Below, piece by piece: positions 34,801 through 44,971 of a stretch of DNA of 44,971 nt; the stretch's first letter is position 1, and every line of letters starts with the position of its first letter. Both the position numbers and the translations under genes were made by a program. This stretch comes from Macrostomum lignano (taxonomy: Eukaryota), in contig NIVC01004461.1 of assembly GCA_002269645.1 (NCBI GenBank), positions 1-44,971 on the forward strand. The letters run 5' to 3'. Under the pieces are notes generated by a model that was given only the letters and a program-made list of their open reading frames with translations, made no database searches and was not told where the DNA came from.

Positions 34801-35858
34801 TAAGCCGGCTCGTTCGGCTACGGGAGACTTTGCCGTATCTATGGTAACGTCGACGCGAGTGAACACGCCAAGGGCTTGTAGGCGACGCTTAGCGGCTTGG
34901 ATCTCCAGCACTAGCTGGCCCCAGGTGGCCACCCGATCTGATAGGAGACGGCGCACCTGGGGACAATTAAGCAATGGGCTATTATTAGAGTCCGTGGGAT
35001 TATGTCAGGACTTGAGGACTTTTTCAGTGGGAGGGCCAAAGATTAGCAGTGATTCTCAATCAGAGGGATTATGATTAACAGGGCGATTTTCAATCAGAGG
35101 GATTAAGATTAAGTAGGCGATTCTCAATCAGAGGGATTATGATTAACAGGGCGATTCTCAATCAGAGGGACTAAGATTAACAGGGCGATTCTCAATCAGA
35201 GGGATTAAGATTAACAGGGCAATTCTCAATCAGAGGGATTAAGATTAACAGGGCGATTCTCATCAGAGGGATTAAGATTAACAGGGCGATTTTCATCAGA
35301 GGGATTAAGATTAACAGGGCGATTCTCAATCAGAGGGATTAAGATTAACAGGGCGATTCTCAATCAGAGGGATTAAGATTAACAGGGCGATTCTCATCAG
35401 AGGGATTAAGATTAACAGGGCGATTTTCATCAGAGGGATTAAGATTAACAGGGTGATTCTCAATCAAAGGGATTATGATTAAGAAGGCGATCCTTAATGA
35501 GAGGGATTAAGATTAAGTGGGCGATTCTCAATCAAATGGATTGTGATTAAGAAGGCGATCCTTAATAAGAGGAATTAAGATTAAGTGGGCGATTCTCAAT
35601 CAAAGGGATTGTGATTAAGAAGGCGATCCTTAATAAGAGGGATTAAATAAGCTCTAAAAGAAACCCATGGCCTCAAGTAACCTGCGAGTGGACGAGCTGA
35701 TCGCGGGTTCGACGCAGGCCCTTGACGTGCACGCGCTCAACAAAAGCGTGCATCTCTGGGTCAGGATTTAGCTTGGCTGTTGGCATGTTGTTATTGGATT
35801 TGAACTGCTCCTCAACACGCTTGTGTATTGCTTTCTGACGCGACCACATGCATAGCAT
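31861..35858 (-). CDS. SAMM50: Sorting and assembly machinery component 50 (Sam50, Omp85 family), 4 exons, about 498 aa
   Basis: Exons 35682-35858, 34513-34956, 33252-33742, 31861-32245, phase-consistent. POTRA (VERVHVKGLRRTRD..LQALGVFTRVDVTID..VVFEVQE), DRFTIGG..LRGF motif, YLGGE..GAHLY, RLSYGIG..LARFELNY. The start ATG (35858 vs 35849) is uncertain. Confidence 0.93.
32299..33187. repeat. 45-bp minisatellite in SAMM50 intron 3
   Basis: atagccaaatcaaaaacaccctaattcaaacaccggaagtcaggg, about 20 copies. Confidence 0.95.
33893..34412. repeat. 34-bp minisatellite in SAMM50 intron 2
   Basis: acaacatagcaacggcttagcaaccaccaaagct, about 15 copies. Confidence 0.95.
35051..35648. repeat. 34-bp minisatellite in SAMM50 intron 1
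   Basis: gattctcaatcagagggattaagattaacagggc, about 17 copies. Confidence 0.95.
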
Positions 35859-37408
35859 TCAAAACAGGTTGGCAATGCTAAATAAACTTGTTAGGCTTTG
35901 GCCATACAGTAATTTCAGAATCATTGTGTCCTTTTTAAATTTAGTTAAATAGATGTTCAAATTAAATAAATCTATCTAAACCAATTTTGGATCTTATTGG
36001 CCACATAGCCTGGGTTTTAGACTATTAAAATTATTTTTTAAGATAAGAACTGATTACTATTATGAATACAATGCATCTTCCTAGTTAAATTTAAAGCATA
36101 GTTAATAAGCATTAAATAAAGATTTAGTATATTTGGATGGATTTTCCTGTATACTAAAAATGGTTTTACTATAGGCCTACTAATATAGTTTACAAATTCT
36201 ATGCTACTGTGTAGGCCTACTAATATAGTACAAATTCTATACTACTACCTATGGAGCGATTTTATATCATGACATATCAACTTTGGTATCTTAAATTTTG
36301 TATGTAAGTTTTAAAAAATGATAAAATCAAAATTACATTAAGCCAGGGTTCAAGTCTAAGCTTTTAGCTTAGGGCCTAGTCATATATACTAGAATAACTA
36401 GATGGCAATCTAGTTATTCTAGTATTTGTAGGCTAAATATAGTTATTAATAAGGCCTAACTATTTAACCATAGCCATAAAATCGATCAGTAAAGACTTTA
36501 TGCAACTTATAGATATAGTACTTAATTAGATTGAGGCATTTAGACTTAATAAGACAGTTAAATACTCTTGCCATTTATCCAAAGTTGTGTTAATTTTTGT
36601 TCTAGCCTAGGGTTTCTTTCATTGATAAATTGCATTTTTTGTAAAAAAAAGTAAGTTGTATAGCCAATATAAATCAAAGAGGTTGAACATATATGCAGTT
36701 AAACTTAGGCCTAACTAAAAAAATTGATAGGCCTAAATTGGCCTATACTTGCTTAAATAAATATGATTCTAGACCTTAAATAATTACCAAAACTTCCTAT
36801 GCCTTAGTTTTACTTTAGGACTATCATATGATATCTTATACTATGCTAATATTAATGTTTGGGAATTTGGTAAAGGTCCTATCCTATGACTTGCCAATAT
36901 GTATGCAAAAAGCAAATTTGAAGTTTTTTGCAAAAAATACAATAATATTTAATTGATAGGCTTGATAGTTTAAATCACTTATATAAAATAATATATATAT
37001 AAAACAAATATAAATTAAAAAGAAAAAATAACTTTGCAATTCCAATGGACATCTAGGAAGCTTTTGGCTATCCTATAGTTTTGTACATTAAATTATTTTT
37101 ATTGAAAATAATAAGTTTTAACTTTTAAATAACTTTAAGTAAATGACAATAAATAATAAGGGGTAACATGGAATCAACTATCTAGTTTTGTTAGTCTATA
37201 ATAGATAATAATGTGACATCCAGTAGATAATAAAATAGGCAACGTTCACCTTCCCACTGTATCTTTGGACTGCCCTGCAGCTAAAAGACACCTAGTAGAG
37301 GAAGTTCTCAAAGGTCTTGTTTTGGGAAAGGGCACCGCCATAGGTATTTTTATAAGTGACTTAAATAGTCAATTTGAAAATAAATTTATCCATTAGACAT
37401 CTCTTAGA

Positions 37409-37892
37409 TATACCCTATAGTCAGGAAAGTGGCCTTTGCCATGGAAAATTCTGGCGCATACAAGAGGTCCTTGGCGCACTTGGCGCACAATCATGGTGCA
37501 CACTGAGGTCCCTGGTGCATGCGGCACACAATCATGGCGCACACTGAGGTCCCTAGCGCATGCGGCGCATAATTGCAGTGCATAAAGTCTCTGACATATG
37601 CAATGCTAGGCCTATGCACAACTTTGGTGCATAAGGAATCAGAATAGAATCTTTATTAGCATAAAACTGGTATGAATGAATTCTAAGAATTTTGTAAATT
37701 TGTCATAAAATACATAATCTATATAAAATACATAAATTATGTTAATTTATATAAATTACATAAAATAAGGGCACAGACATGGCACATAGACGGCGCACAA
37801 ATGGCGCATAGATGGTGCATAGACAGCACATAGATGGTCCCAAAAAATTTATTCTGGCGCACACTGTGCCACCTTCCTAACTATGGGATATA
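37409..37892. mobile_element. MITE-like element, 25-bp TIRs, probable TA target
   Basis: tataccctatagtcaggaaagtggc / gccaccttcctaactatgggatata (21/25); internal GGCGCA motifs. Confidence 0.7.
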
Positions 37893-40758
37893 CCATGTAT
37901 CTAGCAAAATTTGGCCTTCATGTGAGCCCATGTGCCCTGCCCTTGATGGTGATAGTATGGACAAATGGGTCCACTAGGTTCACAAAGTTCAGTTGATGAT
38001 TGACAATGGCATGATTATAATAAATGCATTTAATAAACAAAAGTAGACACTTGATAATATGTTATATTTGTTCTCTATTTTCTATGCTGTCACTTACTAA
38101 GCTTAAAGCCACTTAAAAGTTATTATTTTCAGCAAAAATAAATTAGCTAACATGTGAAACTACAGGATAGGCCTGCCTTAGGCATAGGCCTAGGCCTAGC
38201 TAACAAGCCAAGCCTATGACATTCACTAACATAACTATCAAGCCAGGGCACATGCTTTTGTTTTTGTATTTTAAAAATTAAACAAAATGATAAGTTCTTG
38301 CATGAAAATCATTATAAAATTTATTTTCTATTTCTTAGCAAACTTTTTGTAGGCTGTTAGTGTTAGTTTCATAAATAAACTTAACTCTTTTGGGCAAAAT
38401 GATCCTGGTGCTTATTTGTTAATAGGTAAAATGCATTAAAACACTGAAAATTGAAGCTAGGACCTATGCCCTGGACCTGCAAGAAAATTTATTAACTTTT
38501 TATTAATTGGCCAAATTCCAAAACCAAAAGTAATGAAAATGTTATAAGATCTATCAAAAGTATTTGAAACTATTTCTAGGAAATTTGGGCTACTGTAGCA
38601 CTGTGATTTTAAAAAATTAAAGCTACCTAGTCCCTATTAGTTTTAAGTGATTAGCAAGATCTAAAGAGGCTAAGGCTAAGGGACCTAATGAATGAGCCTA
38701 ATTGGTTTAACTTGCCCTAGCTCCGTCGATCGAACGAACACGATACGCTTAGATTATAAAAATTTATAAAAAACGCGTTTTCACTTTTTTAGTGCTTAAA
38801 CAAATTAATTAGCTGGTGTTTGGAGGGTTAAAAATGTTAGTCGAAACCGAAGTTAAATTCAGCCTTTCCATCCATTTTTTGTTTTGCATAGCAAATAATT
38901 TTTATGTAGAAGTAGAATGGAATCGTAGTAGTCTACTATAAGTAGAGAGAGTATCAATCAATCGTAGTTCCGCGAATGAAAAATACATTTTTACAATATG
39001 TGATGTGTTCGAGTTTGGCTCGTCTGTAGAGAAATACGAAAATACACTAGAATCTGCCGACGAGCTCCAGAAAGGGCATGTTTGCAGTCAATCGAGAGTT
39101 GCCTGTCTCGGGCCTAGTGCATGATGACACCCTAAACCGCACCGACGGCACCGGCTTCACAGCCATCTGGAGGCTGTCTGACGCCTCAGGGATGCGGCGT
39201 TACCTGCATGACAGCCGAAGGGTACCTATGGAGCGATACCGGCCCTTTTATCGCTCAGGCAGTAAAAACGCTGAGCACTTTATCTGCCCCTGCCCGCGGA
39301 TTTCAACAGTGCCAGCTAGGCTCAACTCACCTCAAGCCAAACCCGGTGCTCTCCGACACTGCAGTTGCAGGCACGGTATTATTCAATTGTACACTATAGG
39401 AACTGCATGATGAAAGCAATTGAATAATACCGTTCCCCGCGCGAGTTGCGTAACTTGCAGTTGCGATCGGAGAGAACTGGTTCACTAGATCACTGAATGA
39501 ATTCCAGACAATGCGCCAACAGTCAAAAGTTCCACCCACCAAGCAAAGATATTTTTATTCATATTTTACCGTGCATTTTAAATGAGAAGTTTCTCTCTAA
39601 CTATGCGTGATTTGTACAGGTGGATTTGTACTATAGTCTATAGATTGGACTTCATATGTTACATGTACCACGTCGTTTGTAATAGATCTAGTACTGCATA
39701 CGGAATGGAAAAAACGAACAATCAAACTCTATCTGGGAACCAACCAAAGACATGTAACTCGTACATGTACATGAGATGCAAAATTTGCAATGCAAACAGA
39801 CTTTCATTGCCTGGAGAAAATTTTCCCGACTACATGTGTATTCCTGCTTGTACATGTAACACAAGTTCGTACAAAGTTTGTTCATGAGGACAGAGAACCT
39901 GAGTTTGGCAGCTTTAACCCAACTCTATAGCTAGAACTCTTCCTCTGCACCAATCTTAAAAACCTTGTGACGCAAATTGCATCATGCGCCAACAGTTGAG
40001 ACGAGAACCGCGGGGGGGGGGGGTGAATTGCGTCACTTGGAGCTGAGATCTGAGAAAGCTTCGTTGACCTACTGGTTTCGAGATGGAATCTTGATTCTCG
40101 TTGCTGTGTGCATGTACATACAACTCAAATAGTCAATAATTTGATTCTGCCTTGATAAAAATTATCTCAAAAATAAAAATGATCGAACGCAATATCTCGT
40201 ATCTTTGTGGTCGTAATTAAGTTAATTAACTTTATCATGCTTTCATTGTATGACCTAAAAGACAAACTTTTATATAATTAACCTGCACAGATCTATTTGA
40301 TAGTTAATTATCAATCCCAATCAACTCCAGCTGGGGTTGTTAGGGCATTTAGTTTGCGACAATTATCATCATGAAGTAAACTCTCACTCAAATGTGCAGT
40401 GTAAGATTATTATTCTACTTTGCACTTCTCACACAGCGGCTTAGCAGCATTCTGATTCTGATTGGCCCTGCTCTTGGCCTGGTGGATTATATAACAAATA
40501 TCGATTATTTCACGGGCCCCACCAGCCCCCCTCTCTAGTTGTACAGGGGAAATGAAATGTACATGCGATTTAAGGCTGGAGCCGGCTTGCGTCAAAATAT
40601 ACTGCTGGCTTGAGCCAAGGTGCGAATATTGGTGGCGACGGGGTGGGTGCGGGGAGCCCCCTAATGTTTATCGGTGGGCTTTAAAGGAAGCCGCCGCGCC
40701 CTCCCGCTGGGTTTGTGTGGAGGAGTCTCGCAGTCAGCTTTTCACTTGTGCGGCTTCA

Positions 40759-40766
40759 TATAAATA
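40759..40766 (+). promoter_or_regulatory. Possible TATA box of the CPEB gene
   Basis: TATAAATA in a CpG-rich stretch ~140 bp upstream of the putative first ATG; position only. Confidence 0.25.
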
Positions 40767-40899
40767 TCGATCAAACGCGCCGGCTGGAAAGGGTGGCTGT
40801 AATTATACCGATTTTTACTCGGCTTTAAAAGGGACTCCCCCAAACTAGGAAGCCATTTGAGATAAAAAACTGTCTGCGCAGCGCCTCCTTTGCCAGCAT

Positions 40900-41120
40900 A
40901 TGGATCAACATGTAAGCATTAATTTCCTGTTGTTAGTGCTATATCGCTAAAACAATCTGGCAAAACGCGCAGAATAGCAATTTTTTCAACACTCTTGTTG
41001 CGTCTCTGTTTGTTGCAGAAAGGAAAAGACAACAGCGGACTGAACAGCCTCATTCACTCCATGATTCTGGATCACACGCTTGGCGACTCCACTGCCGACT
41101 CTGGACGCTAAAGTTTGAGA
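40900..41120 (+). CDS. CPEB1: Putative upstream CPEB exons (40900-40911 MDQH; 41019-41120) or a spliced uORF
   Basis: GTAAGC donor at 40912, ttgttgcag acceptor at 41018, GTACGT donor at 41121, acceptor at 41362. KGKDNSGLNSLIHSMILDHTLGDSTADSG reads as coding but needs +1 nt to join the main exon. Confidence 0.45.
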
Positions 41121-41370
41121 GTACGTGCACACTTTGCTTGCTTTAGTCTGCGCCTTTTCTTGTCTCGCATTTATTGAATCTGCACCGTGACGAAACTTTG
41201 AAAAAGCCCCCCCCCCCGAGTCCCCGACTTAAATAGGCTCAAACAGTTGAAGAAACATCTGTCCAAATTTTAGGCTAAAGCGGCAACAGAATTCCTTTCC
41301 CGCTCGTCATCTGATTTCTCAATGCTGAAAACCAGTCTCCCACCCACCCCGGATTTGCGCAGGCTCCGAC

Positions 41371-43824
41371 ATGAATAACAACAGCATCTGGTCCATGCAC
41401 CACGACCACTACGCCAGTCCCAATCCGCTGCAGTCTCTGTTCGGCATCCAGAGCCTGGGCACGGGTCTCACCCCAACTCCAACCAATGAGAACATGAATC
41501 TGGCGGCAGCCAACTCTCCCTCTGTGTCGTCCGCTATGCAGACGCCCAAGACCAATCTAGAGGCGGCTGGCTTTCGCGCGATTCGCAGCTCCCAGCACAG
41601 CGGCCGTAAGAGCGGCAATACGTCTATGGGCTCCGAGCCAATGGACTCCAGCGGCATTTCCAGCGGCACGGACTTATCCGACTCGATTTTCGGCGGCGAA
41701 GGCGGACAGCAGCAGCAGCAGCAGAAAACCGCGGCGAGCCAAGCCGAGAGTGCGCAGCATCAGCAACAGCAAGCGCACCAGTCGCCTCACCAGCAGCAGC
41801 AACAGCAGTCCAACAATCGCCAGTTCAACCACCAGCAGCAGCAGCAGCACCAAGCCAGCAGCCTGACCGAGGCTCAGAAGGCACAAATGCAGAGCCAGGC
41901 GGCACTCGCCCAGCTGCTGAGCAACCCAGCTGTAAGCGTCGCCTATGGCCAACAGCAGCAGCCGCCTCTGGTGCCACCGGGAGCTGCCGCGGCCACCGGC
42001 TTCAACCAGGACCTCATCAGGGCCTACTGGCTAGAAGAGATGAGACGCCAGCAGCAGGAGACTCAACTGCAGCTCTACAGCGCGGAGCTTCTGAAGCTGT
42101 TCAATACCGGAAGCCAGTATCCGTACCAATGGCCGGGCAATAATCCAGCTGCAGCTGCCGCTGCCGCCGCCGCTGCCGCATCGGTTATTGGCAGCAGCGC
42201 CCAGCTGCCCGGTGCTCCAGGAGCTGGCGGACCGCCATCCGCTGCCGCCGCCGCTGCTGCGGCCGCAGCAAACCAGTCGCTCCGTGCGGTCACCTCATCG
42301 GAGCAGCAGATGGAAGGCGCCGCCGGGTCCTCGCTGGCCCTGGCAGCTGCAGCGGCTGCTTCCGGAGCCCGCGGCGGTGGAGCCGGCCAGCCGAACTACC
42401 ACGAGGAAGTGTCCTCCATGGCGGCGCTCTACCGAAACTTGATGACAAACAGCGACGACGAGATTGAGAAGGCGGCCAGCTTCTACCGGAACTCGGCCTC
42501 GACGAGCGACGCGCACCACCACTGGTCTGGCAAGCTGCCCGTTCGCGTCTACAAAAATGCCATCTTCTCGCGCAAAGTCTTTCTCGGCGGTGTGCCCTGG
42601 GACGTCAGCGACCTCGACCTGCAGCAGGCTTTCCTGCGCTTCGGCACTCTGCAGGTGCTCTGGCCGGCTCGCGAGGCCTCGAACGTGCAGATTCGCTCGT
42701 CACCGAGAGGCTACTGCTATCTGATCTTCGACCAAGAGCTCTCCGTGCGCAACCTGCTCAAGCAATGCACCCGCGACGCCACTAACATCGCGAGTACTAT
42801 TTCAAGATCAGCAGCAGCAAGATGAAGGCCAAGGAGGTGCAGGTGATCCCTGGTGCATCAACGATTCTCAGTTCACCAAGCAGGGCTCGCACAGGCTGGA
42901 CGCCAAGCGCACAGTGTTCATCGGCGCTCTGCACGGCATGATCACCGCCGAGGCGCTCGCCACCATCATGAACGACCTGTTCGGCAACGTGGCCTTCGCC
43001 GCCCTGGACACTGACAAGTACAAGTACCCATTGGCTCCGGCCGGGTGGCCTTCACCAGCCAGCGCTCCTACATGAAAGCTGTGCAAGCCAACTTTGTCGA
43101 GGTGCGCACGGCTAAGTTCACCAAGACGGTAAGCTCTGGAGAGTTCATTCTGTTTACTTGCCGGTTTACAGGTAGATAGATTAGCCAACTTTTAGTTCAG
43201 TTAGCAAGTTAAACTCGCAGAGGCCCTCTTACGACGGTCTCTTTCACACCAAACGTTTGTCCCCGCGCCCCACCGTAAAGTTTGATAATGCCTAAAGCGG
43301 CCCATTCAGTTAGTATTGTAATTTGTTTTTTTTGATGGTCATATAACACTATACAGCAGGTTTTAGGTTGCTCAAAACACGACGACTCAATTGGAACCAA
43401 ATGTACAAGGAAAGCAAAGTACAGAAACTTTATATATTTAGCTTGTTTCTGTTTTCTTCATCTGATATTTATCAACAGATTCTTGAAGCCGCCCGAAATC
43501 TACGTATTACGAGAGGTTTAAAAATTTAACAAAAAACTTGTTTTACTCTACTTACAGCAGTAGTCTGACACGCTTGCAATCGTTACATTTATTTGCTTCT
43601 AATTAAAAACTTCATCCCAGATTCAAATCGACCCGTACCTGGAGGACAGCATGTGCAACCACTGCTTCGTGTCGCCCGGCATCTACTTCTGCCGCGCTTT
43701 CGAGTGCTTTCGTTACTTCTGCCCGAGCTGCTGGAACCTGTGGCACGGCAACGGCTCCGACCAGGTGTACTCGCACAAGCCGCTGCGCCGCACCTTCAAG
43801 ACCAACCTGCCCGACAAGAAGTGA
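41371..43824 (+). CDS. CPEB1: Cytoplasmic polyadenylation element-binding protein, CPEB1/orb subfamily (frameshifted in this sequence)
   Basis: Exons (41363)41371-43128 and 43621-43824. RRM1 [16 protein letters not shown]2 [25 protein letters not shown] finger [35 protein letters not shown]. The GGVPWD and GALHG motifs mark CPEB1 rather than CPEB2-4. Three -1 deletions (~42790, 42848-42850, 43027-43029). Confidence 0.92.
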
Positions 43825-43994
43825 GCAATGGGAACAAGACAGTTTTTGTGCATCGCAAGTGCAATTTGCATATTTTTCACCGGACTAGCGCCGCTTTTGA
43901 ATTAGAGGACCGGCGTTGTTTCTAAAGCTTTGTTTGTTCTTTGTTCTCTTAGCTTACCGTACGGATCTTTTGTTTAGATTTTGTTCATTCGACA

Positions 43995-44038
43995 TTTTTA
44001 TCAAAAAAATGAAAAAAATTCTATTAAAAACGAATAAA
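43995..44038 (+). promoter_or_regulatory. CPE (TTTTTAT) plus polyadenylation hexamers in the CPEB 3' UTR
   Basis: TTTTTAT 43995-44001, ATTAAA 44023-44028, AATAAA 44033-44038. Confidence 0.5.
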
Positions 44039-44971
44039 AAATATTGTTTTTAGTTTTTCCCTTGGTGTTAGTGCTTCCACAGCAATCCCGCTCCCCAGTG
44101 CCACGCCAATAGCCGTTACTCAATGCTCCCTGCCCTTCGCTGCCTCGGCAATATTATTCGGCACTTTCTCACCGAAACTTCAGTTTAAGATTTTTTGCGC
44201 TGCGAAAGATCTGCTTGCCTTTTGCAAAACGCTTTTTCATATCATAGTTCCGAAGTTGGTTCGAGACTGCCAGAAACTGCCAGCTTGGATCGATTGAAAT
44301 TTATAGACTAACAAAAAGCTTGCAAAAGCACGCAAATTCTTTTGCCAGCTTTTAAAAATGAAAACTTTTCAAATTGGCGCTTTTTTGTTTAAATAGCCTC
44401 TTGTGGCGAAATTTCCATTTTTTACGGTATGCAGTGAACTTCGTCAACTTGTTTTACTTTATAACAAATTCGAAATATTTTGCTCAGAAATCTAATGCTT
44501 TCGCTTCCGTTTAGAAACTTTTTATTGATTCAAATTGCAAAACTTTGCTCATCGGGTCAGAAATTTTTATTATAGTAAAAATATGGTGGCATAATTCAGA
44601 TTTCGCCCTCTATCTTGCCTACCATTGCACGCCCTTGTTTGACTCGTTTTCTAAATAACTATTTTAATATTTTACTAGATTTTAATAACGCTCCGTGGTA
44701 CATCGATGCAATCTGTGGGAAAGCTCCGGTTCATTCTAAATTGTTTGAAGTTTACTCTTTTGTTTTCAGAAATAAGAACCGTCAAACTTTTTATGCCATA
44801 TCTAAATTGGAAGAGGCTTTGGTGTTCCTTATTTTTTAGTACATTTTATTGACATGCAAATGGAGCAAGCGCCATCGATAGTGTAACACGCGCAGCCAAT
44901 CGAGAACGGCGATGAAATGACTGCCAATCAAATAGCTTTTGTAAAGGGAAAGAATCTTATGCCGGCCAATC

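Noticed and set aside
39078-39410. 110-aa ORF or possible C/D snoRNA (ATGATGA..CTGA)
   Set aside because: No recognisable protein motif; weak terminal stem and no recognisable rRNA guide.
43233-43243. GACGGTCTCTT, an 11-nt match to the SL core, in the CPEB intron
   Set aside because: Similarity does not extend on either side; compatible with chance.

Overview
Eukaryotic (metazoan) genomic DNA with spliceosomal introns, GC-rich exons and very dense minisatellites. The gene style and a spliced-leader-like motif suggest a free-living flatworm such as Macrostomum; this is an inference. Three genes were reconstructed by hand from GT-AG junctions with consistent phases. (1) A minus-strand polycystin-1-like (PKD1-like) receptor: 17 exons from 17294 down to 207, about 2,417 codons (signal peptide, WSC, PKD repeats, REJ, GAIN), continuing off the left edge. 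(2) Minus-strand SAMM50/Sam50: 4 exons, 35858-31861, about 498 aa. The 3' part of its last exon plus downstream flank is repeated three more times in a 2.6-2.9 kb satellite-containing tandem unit. (3) Plus-strand CPEB1/orb-type gene (41371-43824, probably with upstream exons from 40900), broken by three or four single-base deletions in G/C runs. Introns and intergenic DNA hold at least nine different tandem repeats, two copies of a tRNA-headed CORE-like SINE, several MITE-like elements and perfect hairpins. The most unusual signals are a ~110-nt spliced-leader-RNA-like sequence lacking the AUG|GU donor inside a PKD1-like intron, the SAMM50 terminal-exon amplification with an in-frame cryptic acceptor, and an intronic array of ~90 consensus-like 5' splice sites. 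All coordinates and alignments are manual; no database searches were run.
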